DNA of 64,000 nt from an uncultured Burkholderiaceae bacterium (GCA_964389235.1 CAYMDM010000003.1:24252-88251), one strand, 5' to 3'. Shown: positions 49,448 to 57,635, counted from the stretch's first letter. The notes: generated by a model not told the origin, from the letters alone. Translations and numbers: made by a program.

Positions 49448-49932
49448 ACCCCGTTACGAACCAGACCCGCGATCACGCCTGGATCGCGGCGCACATTCCC
49501 CACGCCGGGGCCATGTGTCTGCTCGACCGGGTGGTGGCGTGGGACGCGGAGCGGGTGGTGTGCTGTGCGACCAGCCACCGCAGCGCGTCCAACCCCCTGC
49601 GCCAACATGGGCGACTGGGCGCCGCCTGCGGCATCGAGTACGCGGCGCAGGCCATGGCGGTGCATGGCGCGCTCGCGGCCACCTGCGCGGCTGAAGCCGG
49701 GCGGATTGCCCGCCCTGGCATGCTGGTGAGCGTGCGCCATGTGGAACTGGCCGTCGGTCGGCTCGACGACCTTGCCGAAGACCTGGCCATCGAAGTCCGA
49801 CGCCTGAGCGGCAGCGAGCACAGCCTGCTCTACGCCTTCACCGTGACCGCCGCCGATCGCCTGCTGCTCAGCGGCCGGGCAACGGTGCTGCTGGCGCAGA
49901 CGCCGATGCCCACTGCCTCTGCCCAATCATGA
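49441..49932 (+). CDS. hotdog-fold dehydratase (ApeP-like)
   Basis: ATG 49441 overlaps the upstream stop. AHIPHAGAMCLLDRVVAWD ... GIEYAAQAMAVHG. Confidence 0.65.
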   Translation: MLNPVTNQTRDHAWIAAHIPHAGAMCLLDRVVAWDAERVVCCATSHRSASNPLRQHGRLGAACGIEYAAQAMAVHGALAATCAAEAGRIARPGMLVSVRHVELAVGRLDDLAEDLAIEVRRLSGSEHSLLYAFTVTAADRLLLSGRATVLLAQTPMPTASAQS

Positions 49933-50687
49933 CCGACCGCCAGAGCCCTCCCCCAATATCCGCAGCGCCGCGGCGTGCCCTGGTCACCGGCGGCAGCGGC
50001 GGCATCGGCTCGGCCATCTGCACGGCGCTGGCCGCCAGCGGACTGCAAGTGATCGTGCACGCGCAACGGCAGATCGAACGCGCCGAGGCCGTCGCGCAGC
50101 GGCTGCGCGATGCCGGTCACAGCGCCAGCGCAGTCGCCTTCGACCTGCGTGACGCCGCGGCGACCGCTACCGCAGTGGCCACGCTGCTGGAGCCAGGCCC
50201 GGTGCAGGTGCTGGTCAACAACGCCGGCATCCACGACGACGCCGTGTTTCCGGGCATGCGCGAGGAGCAGTGGGACGCGGTGATCGACGTCTCGCTCAAC
50301 GGCTTCTACCGCGTCACCCAGCCGCTGCTGCTGCCGATGATCCGCACCCGCTGGGGGCGCATCATCAACATCACCTCGGTCGCTGCCATCGCCGGCAACC
50401 GCGGCCAGGTGAATTACGCCGCGGCCAAGGGCGCGCTGCATGCGGCGACCCGATCGCTGGCGCTGGAAGTCGCCAGCCGCGGCATCACCGTCAACGCCGT
50501 CGCGCCGGGCATCATCGCCACGGCGATGAGCGAGGGCGCGTTCGATGCCGAAGCCATCAAGCGCCTGGTGCCGATGCAACGCGCCGGCCGACCCGACGAA
50601 GTGGCCGACCTCGTCGCCTACCTCGCATCCGACCGTGCGTCCTACATCACCGGTCAGATCCTCTCGGTCAACGGCGGGATGATCTGA
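49929..50687 (+). CDS. 3-oxoacyl-ACP reductase (SDR, FabG-like)
   Basis: TGGSGGIGSAI, NNAG and YAAAKGAL (YxxxK). ATGA overlap upstream. Confidence 0.9.
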   Translation: MTDRQSPPPISAAPRRALVTGGSGGIGSAICTALAASGLQVIVHAQRQIERAEAVAQRLRDAGHSASAVAFDLRDAAATATAVATLLEPGPVQVLVNNAGIHDDAVFPGMREEQWDAVIDVSLNGFYRVTQPLLLPMIRTRWGRIINITSVAAIAGNRGQVNYAAAKGALHAATRSLALEVASRGITVNAVAPGIIATAMSEGAFDAEAIKRLVPMQRAGRPDEVADLVAYLASDRASYITGQILSVNGGMI

Positions 50688-50747
50688 CCGCGCCGCTGCC
50701 ACTGCGCAACACGCTCCCCATCCCTCGACGCTGCACCGCACCCGATC

Positions 50748-52073
50748 ATGAGCACTCACGGTTCCTCGGTTCACGCCACCGAAGCCTTGCTGTTCTTCAC
50801 CCTGCTTCAACTCTCGATCATCGTGCTGGCCGGGCGCATCGGCGGCGCGCTTGCCCTGCGGCTCGGACAGACGGCCGCGGTGGGCGAGATCATCGTCGGC
50901 ATCATGCTCGGCCCTTCGCTGCTCGGCCTGCTCGCGCCGGGCGTGTTCGGCTACGTGTTTCACTCGGCCTCGGGCACGCCGCTGCAGATCCTCTCGCAGA
51001 TCGGTCTGGTGCTGCTGATGTTCCAGATCGGGCTGGAGTTCGACTTCGGCCATCTGCGCGAAAAGCAGCATCGCCGCAGCGTGCTGTGGATCGGCGTGGC
51101 GAGCATGGTGTTTCCGTTCGCGCTCGGGCTGGGCTTCGGCTGGTCGTCTGCCCAGGTGCTGTCGCCACAGGCGTCGCACGAAGCATCGGCGCTGTTCGTC
51201 GCAACGGCGTTTTCCATCACCGCACTGCCGATTCTCGGTCGCATCCTGATGGATTTCGGACTAAACCGTCTGCCGATGGGCGTGGTCGCGATCAGCGCGG
51301 CGGCAATCAACGACGTGGTCGGCTGGCTGCTGCTGGCGCTGATCACCCTGCTCAGCGTCAGCCAGTTCGCCCCGGGCGCCTTTGCCCTGCAGGTGCTGGC
51401 GGTGCTGGGCTTTGCCCTGCTGTGGCTGCTCGCGCTGCGCCCGCTGGCGCGGCGGGTGGTGCAGCACTTTCAGAAGTCCGGTGACGATCTGCCACCGCAT
51501 CTGCTGGGCGTGGTGCTGGTGGCGATTTTCATTTCGGCGATGGTCACCTACCAACTGGGCATTTTCGCGATCTTCGGCGGTTTCGCGATGGGGGTGGTGC
51601 TGCATCAGGAAACCCGTTTCGTGCAGGCCTGGAAGCGCCAGGTGGGGCCGTTCGTGCTGGTGTTCTTCCTGCCGATCTTTTTCACTTACACCGGGCTGCG
51701 CACTGACATCGGCGGACTGTCCTCGGCCGCGTTGTGGGGTTGGTGCGCGTTGCTCGTGCTGCTGGCGACTCTGGGCAAATTCGGCGGCGCCTACCTCGCC
51801 GCGCGTCTCACCGGCTCGTCCCACGCCGAAGCCGGGGTGATGGGTGCGCTGATGAACACCCGCGCGCTGATGGAACTCATCGTCATCAACGTCGGCTACG
51901 ACCTCGGCGCCATTTCCCGCAATTTGTTCACCATGCTGGTGATCATGGCGATCTTCAGCACGGTGATCACCGCGCCGTTGCTGCGGCTGTGGTTGCCGCG
52001 GGCCGGCTACGTCGTGCCGACGCGGCTGGGCGAGAACGGCGCCGCCGGCGCCCGCATCGCTCAGGAACTCTGA
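50748..52073 (+). CDS. cation:proton antiporter (CPA2 / Na+/H+ exchanger family)
   Basis: 441 aa with about 12 helices. ...LLQLSIIVLAGRIGGALALRLGQTAAVGEIIVGIMLGPSLLG..., the typical Kef/NapA-type N-terminus. Confidence 0.85.
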   Translation: MSTHGSSVHATEALLFFTLLQLSIIVLAGRIGGALALRLGQTAAVGEIIVGIMLGPSLLGLLAPGVFGYVFHSASGTPLQILSQIGLVLLMFQIGLEFDFGHLREKQHRRSVLWIGVASMVFPFALGLGFGWSSAQVLSPQASHEASALFVATAFSITALPILGRILMDFGLNRLPMGVVAISAAAINDVVGWLLLALITLLSVSQFAPGAFALQVLAVLGFALLWLLALRPLARRVVQHFQKSGDDLPPHLLGVVLVAIFISAMVTYQLGIFAIFGGFAMGVVLHQETRFVQAWKRQVGPFVLVFFLPIFFTYTGLRTDIGGLSSAALWGWCALLVLLATLGKFGGAYLAARLTGSSHAEAGVMGALMNTRALMELIVINVGYDLGAISRNLFTMLVIMAIFSTVITAPLLRLWLPRAGYVVPTRLGENGAAGARIAQEL

Positions 52074-52885
52074 ACGCCACCCCGCGCGTCAGCCCGATTC
52101 CGTTTTCTCCACAGCAGCAGCGGCAGCCGCAGCACAAAGCCAAGAAACAGCCGGGTGTGCATCCAGGTGAGCAACAGGTTGTCGCGCGCGTAGTTGAAGT
52201 GCGAAACGCCGCCTTCCTCGGCGCGCAGATAGCGCACTGGAGCGGGCAGGTTGATCGCCGGCACACCGGCCCAGCTCAGCCGCACGGCGGCCTCGGGGTC
52301 GAAATCGAAGCGCCGCATCAAACGCTGCCGCCGCATCACCGCGCGCAGCGGATCGATCGGGTAGACGCGAAAGCCGTAAAGCGAATCACCGATGCCCGCG
52401 CCCAGGGTCTCCAGGTTGGCCCAGGCATTGGAAATCTTGCGCCCCTGCACCCGCAGTTGCGGGGCGTCGGCGGCGAACACGGGTTTGCCCAGAATCATCG
52501 CCCGCGGATGCTGCTGCGAGGTGCGCATGAACTCGGCGATGCGATCGGCCGGATGCTGGCCGTCCGAGTCCATGGTCAGCGCGTGCGTGAATCCCGCCGC
52601 TCGCGCCGCCTCCAGCCCGGCGAGAACGGCGGCGCCCTTGCCACGGTTGCAGTCGAGCTGCAGCACGCGCAAGCCGCAATCGCGCTGCGCCATGTCCCGC
52701 AAGCCCTGCGCCGTGCCGTCGGTGCTGCCGTCGACCACCACCCACACCGGCGCCCACGCGCGGCGCGCCGCCCGCACCGTTTCGTATACCGCCGCGCCCG
52801 GGTTGTAGCTGGGAATCAGAACGAGGTGGCTGCTGCTGGGCAACGGCCCCTCGCCCTGCACGGCCTCAGCACTCGTTTGCGGCAT
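52061..52885 (-). CDS. family 2 glycosyltransferase
   Basis: Internal ATG 52885 gives MPQTSAEAV... Motifs LIPSYNPG, VVVDGSTDGT and TMDSDGQH, plus a C-terminal membrane helix. Confidence 0.8.
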   Translation of the reverse strand: MPQTSAEAVQGEGPLPSSSHLVLIPSYNPGAAVYETVRAARRAWAPVWVVVDGSTDGTAQGLRDMAQRDCGLRVLQLDCNRGKGAAVLAGLEAARAAGFTHALTMDSDGQHPADRIAEFMRTSQQHPRAMILGKPVFAADAPQLRVQGRKISNAWANLETLGAGIGDSLYGFRVYPIDPLRAVMRRQRLMRRFDFDPEAAVRLSWAGVPAINLPAPVRYLRAEEGGVSHFNYARDNLLLTWMHTRLFLGFVLRLPLLLWRKRNRADARGGVQSS

Positions 52886-53687
52886 CGTGCGAGCCCTGCG
52901 CCGAAAAGTCCGGCAGGGTGGCGTGGCGCAACACGTCACGGAAGTAGACGTCGATCTCACCCACCAGCTCGTGCACGTTCTGCGGCGGATCGAAGCGCCG
53001 GCCCAGGGTCACGCGGTAGGTGATCGGCAGACGCGGGATGCGATGCAACGCCCAACCCTTGGTGAGAAAGGGCGAGTCGCATTCGATCAACACCGTCTGG
53101 ATCGGCACCCCGGCCTGCTTGGCAATCAACCCGACGCTGCCCTTGATCGGCCCCACCGGATGGGCACTGCTGCGGGTGCCCTCGGGAAACATCAGCAGCT
53201 GATGGCCCTCGCGCAGGTCGGCAACGGCAAGGTGGATCATGCTGCGCAGGTCGTCGTTGCGGATGTACCGTGCCAGCCTTGCACCGGCACCGAGCGAGGG
53301 GTTGTCGACGATGCTCGACTTCATGATGCAGGCCAGCCCAGGCAGTCGCGAAATGACGAGCACTGCGTCGATCAGCGAGGGGTGATTCGGCGCGATGATC
53401 ATCGGCCCCTGCCCGCGCAGCGCATCGAGCGCCGTCAGGTCGAAGCGGCAGGCGCCTGTCGCGCTCAGCACCCGCAGATACCAGCGAAACGCGGTGTGGA
53501 TCAGCCAGCGTCCGACCCGGAGCCCCTGACGTCGCGGCAGCACGTAATACAGCGGCACCGCGAAAAGCGTCCACAGCAGTCCCAGCACCCCGAGCAGGGC
53601 CAGTCCGAAGTAGGTGCGCGCCGCGTCCCACAGCAGTCGCATCGGCGCTGCGACCTGACGCGGCAGCTTGAGTACGCCATCAGTCAT
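52866..53687 (-). CDS. PlsC-type lysophospholipid/1-acylglycerol-3-phosphate acyltransferase
   Basis: NHPSLID (HX4D) and FPEGTRS motifs. Start taken at ATG 53687 (MTDGVLKL...), 4 nt after the MipA stop; the track start 53750 is an alternative. Confidence 0.8.
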   Translation of the reverse strand: MTDGVLKLPRQVAAPMRLLWDAARTYFGLALLGVLGLLWTLFAVPLYYVLPRRQGLRVGRWLIHTAFRWYLRVLSATGACRFDLTALDALRGQGPMIIAPNHPSLIDAVLVISRLPGLACIMKSSIVDNPSLGAGARLARYIRNDDLRSMIHLAVADLREGHQLLMFPEGTRSSAHPVGPIKGSVGLIAKQAGVPIQTVLIECDSPFLTKGWALHRIPRLPITYRVTLGRRFDPPQNVHELVGEIDVYFRDVLRHATLPDFSAQGSHDAANEC

Positions 53688-54540
53688 GGCTGTCCACCAT
53701 CTGCGAAGACTGGCCGAGAATCCAGGCGATGCCAAATCCGGCCGAGACATTGCGCCGCTGCTGAACCAGCGGGCTGGCCGCGAACACCGCGCCGTGCAGA
53801 TCGTCCACGCGGACGAACGCGCCGACCCACACTCGCTCGAAGCGTCGGCTCAGCGCCGCAGTGAACTGGCTGCCGGCATAACCTCCCGGTGCCGAATAGG
53901 CCGGTCGCCACGGCTCGGCGTACTGGGGTTGCACGCCGTAGAAGGTCTCGTTGTAGCGCCGGCTGGCAAAAATCGGCCCGGTCTGCAAGCCCAGGTTCCA
54001 GCCGGCAAGCCCCAGCGGGCCGTCGATGTCCAAGTTGATGACGGGCGTGAACAACCAGCCGACCAGCCGCGGCTGGCGCGTGACGCTGAACACCGCGCGC
54101 ACCGGCGCGCGCAAGTCGAGCTGCATGCGCTGCGCGGGCGATCGCCAGAGGTGCACTTCCACCGCCGGCCCGAATTCCAGCGTCGGGTCGAGGTTGGGCA
54201 TGCCCTGACGGATGGGGTCGTCGTCGCTTCGCACCGGTGGCGAGGCGCCGAGGCTGAGGTAGGAATCCACCCGATCCTCGTCGAGCAGCTGCGCCTGCAG
54301 CCCACGCCGGTCGGCGCGAAGAATCTTGCCTCGGTAGACGAAATACGGAACCGGCACGAGGTAATTGGTGCGTCGGCTCGATCCGATGTAGTCGGGGAAA
54401 CTGATCGCGCCCACGCCCAGACCTGCCTCCCACAGCGGCTTCTGCTCGGCCGAGACCACGGGGGACAGCAGGGCCAGCGCCGCACCGATCAGACCGGCCC
54501 GCGACACCCGGCGGATCAAGACTGCACTCAGACCGCGCAT
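53680..54540 (-). CDS. MipA/OmpV-family outer-membrane protein
   Basis: Signal peptide ...SPVVSA-EQ, then GLGVGAISFPDYIGSSRRTNYLVPVPYFVYRG and beta-strand periodicity. The predicted C-terminus (...GQSSQMVDSHD) does not end in an aromatic residue. Confidence 0.72.
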   Translation of the reverse strand: MRGLSAVLIRRVSRAGLIGAALALLSPVVSAEQKPLWEAGLGVGAISFPDYIGSSRRTNYLVPVPYFVYRGKILRADRRGLQAQLLDEDRVDSYLSLGASPPVRSDDDPIRQGMPNLDPTLEFGPAVEVHLWRSPAQRMQLDLRAPVRAVFSVTRQPRLVGWLFTPVINLDIDGPLGLAGWNLGLQTGPIFASRRYNETFYGVQPQYAEPWRPAYSAPGGYAGSQFTAALSRRFERVWVGAFVRVDDLHGAVFAASPLVQQRRNVSAGFGIAWILGQSSQMVDSHD

Positions 54541-55550
54541 GCCACGGGACTCGTCTGGCGGGCAACGGCCTCGATCTCGACCAGCAGTTCACTGCGGCAG
54601 ACATCGGCCTGCACGAACCGGCACGGCACTTCACTTCCGGCCATCTCCCGGATCACCTGCTGCACCACCGGGCGATCGCCGGCACGACGCAGATAGACCT
54701 TGAGCTGCAGATCCGCCAGCTGCCAGTCGACACCCCGCCTGGCCCGCGCCTCGACGAGAACGGCGGCGATGTTGCGCAGGGTCTCCCGCGTCTGCTCGCG
54801 CACGTCGCCGAGGTGCCGCGATTCGTGCCCGACGATGCTGGCCGTGCCGGAAACGAACAGAAAGGGTGAGTCGAACTCGGCCAGACTGGCGCGCGAAAAC
54901 GTGGGCGCACGTGGCCCGTAGGCCTCGGGATAGTGATAGGCGCTGACCTGCCGCGGATTCTCGATCGCCAGCGCCGGCTTGCGTGCGGCGAGGGCGTAGA
55001 CCAGCAGGGGCGCCTCCGCGCTGGCACCCAGGGCGCTCGCCGCGGGCACGCTGCTGCCGGCCACCTGGCGACCGCTGGCCAGAAACGCCTGCTGGCGGCC
55101 GATGTTGAATTGCCGGTAGCGCTCCAGACCGTCGACCTGCGCGTTGATGTCGCCAACGTGGTTCCACACGCGCAGCAGGTGCCCATAGCCCTGCGCCGCA
55201 ACCGTGGCGAACAGCTCGCAGTAGACCTGTTCCGCCGCCGCCTGCAAGGACTGCCGGCCGTCATCCGTTGCGGCGATGAACATCACCTCGCCGTCGTCGC
55301 GCCAGCGCACCGGCCCGGCCCGGCCGGAACGTGCCGGACGCGGGCTCCACCAGACTTCGCAGCCCCAGGCGGGTTCACCCAGCAGCGGTGCGCGCACGAT
55401 GGCCAGCGGCACGTCCAGCGACCGCAACGCCGCAGGCACTTCGCCCACACCGAATGCCGCCACGCCCAGCAGCCCGGCCCGCCATGCTTCGGAGCGAGCG
55501 AGCAGTTCGTCGAGCCGCAGCTGCTGCACGTGCAGCGATCTGGCCTTCAC
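54528..55550 (-). CDS. FkbO/Hyg5/XanB2-type chorismatase (hydroxybenzoate-forming)
   Basis: GTG 55550 overlaps the halogenase stop (GTGA). HLLRVWNHVGDIN...ERYRQFNIGR...IENPRQVSAYHYPEAYGPRAPTFSRA...VSGTASIVGHES...ELLVEIEAV matches my memory of XanB2/FkbO. Confidence 0.75.
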   Translation of the reverse strand: MKARSLHVQQLRLDELLARSEAWRAGLLGVAAFGVGEVPAALRSLDVPLAIVRAPLLGEPAWGCEVWWSPRPARSGRAGPVRWRDDGEVMFIAATDDGRQSLQAAAEQVYCELFATVAAQGYGHLLRVWNHVGDINAQVDGLERYRQFNIGRQQAFLASGRQVAGSSVPAASALGASAEAPLLVYALAARKPALAIENPRQVSAYHYPEAYGPRAPTFSRASLAEFDSPFLFVSGTASIVGHESRHLGDVREQTRETLRNIAAVLVEARARRGVDWQLADLQLKVYLRRAGDRPVVQQVIREMAGSEVPCRFVQADVCRSELLVEIEAVARQTSPVACAV

Positions 55551-56902
55551 CCGCTCGCCCCTTCCGGCAGAGAAGCCGGCTGAATCTGCTTTTTGCGCAG
55601 CGCCCGAGCGCGCAGCGAGCGCCCGAGGTGTCGCAGCGACGCGAGGTAGAAAATGCCCTTGAGGATGGCCACCGAAGTCCAGATCGGCGTGCGGCCGAAA
55701 ATGTCCCCGGCCAGTACCGACAGCAGCGCCTCCTTGACGCGAAACACATTGCGCGGCCCCATGAACAGGTCGCGCATGGTCGGGTGATTGACGCGGTAGA
55801 TGAACCACGAGAACTCGCGCGGCCCGTGCCGCATCAGCCGGTCGAATCGCGCCATTGCCGCAGCCTCGGCCTGTGGGTCGCGCAGGCTGGTGACGATGGC
55901 GTCGGCCGCGGCGAAACCGCCCTGCATCGCCAGCATCACTCCAGAAGAGAACACCGGGTCGATGAAGGCATAGGCATCGCCCACCAGCAGCCAACCCGGG
56001 CCGTGGGTACGCTCACAGCTGTAGGAAAAATTCCCGGTGGCCTGGACATCCGACACGCGGGTGGCTCCCTTGAGGCGCGCGGCGAGTTCGGGCGCCATCG
56101 CGATGGTGTCGTCGAAAAATTCGGCCAGCGGCTTGTCTCGGGTTTTCAGGTAATACGGCCAGACCACGGCGCCGACACTGGTCGTGCCATCGGCCAGCGG
56201 GATGAACCAGAACCAGCCGTGGTCGAACCAGAAGATCGTGATGTTGCCTTCGGCTCGGCCCGGCAAGCGCTGGGCGCCGCTGAAATGGGCAAACAGCGCG
56301 GCGCTGTTGTGCTTGGGGTTGCGGTGTTTCATCTGCAGCCGGCCACCGAGGAAGGTGTCGCGCCCCGAGGCGTCGACCACGTAGCGTGCCGACCACTGCG
56401 AGCGGGTGCCGTCGTCGTGCTGGGCGACGATACGCGACTCCTTGGCCTGCGCATCGACCTCCACTTCCTCGACCTTGCAGGCCTCGACCACCCGCGCGCC
56501 GCAGCGGTGGGCGTTGCGCAGCAGCAGGTGATCGAACTCGGAGCGGCGCACCTGAAAGGCCATCGGCATCGACTTGTCCCAGGCGTCGGCAAACTCGAAC
56601 GTCTGGGTTTTCTGCGCATGCCAGGGCGACACGAATTCGGCGCCCCACTTCTCCATGCCGATCGCCCTCACCTCGTCGGCAACACCCAATTGTTCGAGCA
56701 AGGCGAGATTGGCCGGCAGCAGCGATTCTCCGATGTGAAAGCGCGGATGCCGGTCCTTCTCCAGCAACGCCACGCGCACGCCCTGTTGCGCCAGCCGTGT
56801 GGCCACCGTGGTGCCCCCAGGGCCGCCGCCGATGACCAGCACGTCGTAGCGTCCTCCGGCCGTATCGGCGCTGCTCGCGCCGGGCTTCGCATCGGTGGGC
56901 AT
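55547..56902 (-). CDS. FAD-dependent halogenase (tryptophan-halogenase family)
   Basis: Internal ATG 56902 gives MPTDAKPG...YDVLVIGGGPGGTT (GxGxxG), RFHIGESLLP, and the halogenase signature WxWxIP as GWFWFIP. Confidence 0.85.
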   Translation of the reverse strand: MPTDAKPGASSADTAGGRYDVLVIGGGPGGTTVATRLAQQGVRVALLEKDRHPRFHIGESLLPANLALLEQLGVADEVRAIGMEKWGAEFVSPWHAQKTQTFEFADAWDKSMPMAFQVRRSEFDHLLLRNAHRCGARVVEACKVEEVEVDAQAKESRIVAQHDDGTRSQWSARYVVDASGRDTFLGGRLQMKHRNPKHNSAALFAHFSGAQRLPGRAEGNITIFWFDHGWFWFIPLADGTTSVGAVVWPYYLKTRDKPLAEFFDDTIAMAPELAARLKGATRVSDVQATGNFSYSCERTHGPGWLLVGDAYAFIDPVFSSGVMLAMQGGFAAADAIVTSLRDPQAEAAAMARFDRLMRHGPREFSWFIYRVNHPTMRDLFMGPRNVFRVKEALLSVLAGDIFGRTPIWTSVAILKGIFYLASLRHLGRSLRARALRKKQIQPASLPEGASG

Positions 56903-57228
56903 GAATTCTCCGTCGGGGTTCTCGGTTGGCGGGATGGCCCGTCGATCGCCGAGCCCGGATGCAACGCGGCGCTCATGTGGCGCCGCGTCCATGTGTTTCA
57001 AACGGGTCGAGATTTTACCGAGCCAGACCGGGAAATCGGAGAGTTCGTCAGCCGCTTGCGGCCAAATACTTCGCGCTTTCGCAACATTTGCACATTGGCC
57101 AGATTTTTCGGCCAAGTTAATCGCATGCCGCCGCGCGAATCGCCACTGCCCGATCGAGATGCACTGTCGGCAAACGCGTATCGCACCCGTTGTCAGGTCA
57201 TTCGCATCGGCTTTCAGAGGAGTGTGAA

Positions 57229-57618
57229 ATGTTCGCCCGAATGGTGATTGCGCTTTCGAGTCTGGCCGCGGTGGCCGCACTCTCGGCTCCGTCTGCGCAG
57301 GCCGGCGGGGTTTCCTGGTCGGTCAGCGTGGCGACACCGGGAATCGTCACCCAGGTCGGCTCAGGGGGCTATCCGTACCCATACGCCTACGGGCCCGCGC
57401 CTATCGTGGTGGCGCCGGCCTATGTCCCACCCCCGCCTCCACCGCGCCCTGTGGTCTACGGCTACGCGCCCGCTTACGTGGCTCCGGGCTACGCGCCGTT
57501 CTACCGGCCGGTGCCGCCCTGGGTTGCCGAGCGTCGCTGGCGGCACTGGCATCGCATGCACGAGCGCCGCGAATGGCGGGAATGGCACGGCGATCGCGAC
57601 GACTGGGATCGCCACTGA
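57229..57618 (+). CDS. small secreted Pro/Tyr-rich protein with a Trp/His/Arg-rich C-terminal tail
   Basis: GAGGAG lies 8 nt upstream of ATG 57229. Signal peptide MFARMVIALSSLAAVAALSAPSAQA-GG, a P/Y/A/V-rich middle and the tail RRWRHWHRMHERREWREWHGDRDDWDRH. Confidence 0.55.
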   Translation: MFARMVIALSSLAAVAALSAPSAQAGGVSWSVSVATPGIVTQVGSGGYPYPYAYGPAPIVVAPAYVPPPPPPRPVVYGYAPAYVAPGYAPFYRPVPPWVAERRWRHWHRMHERREWREWHGDRDDWDRH

Positions 57619-57635
57619 TCCCCGCAGTCGGCCAC

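Larger units (their letters stand above)
35835..56902. other. xanthomonadin-type aryl-polyene (type II PKS) lipid-pigment biosynthesis/export gene cluster
   Basis: Contiguous set of PKS, tailoring, lipid-anchoring and export genes, listed individually below. Gene order is collinear with the ape/xan clusters as I remember them. Confidence 0.75.
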
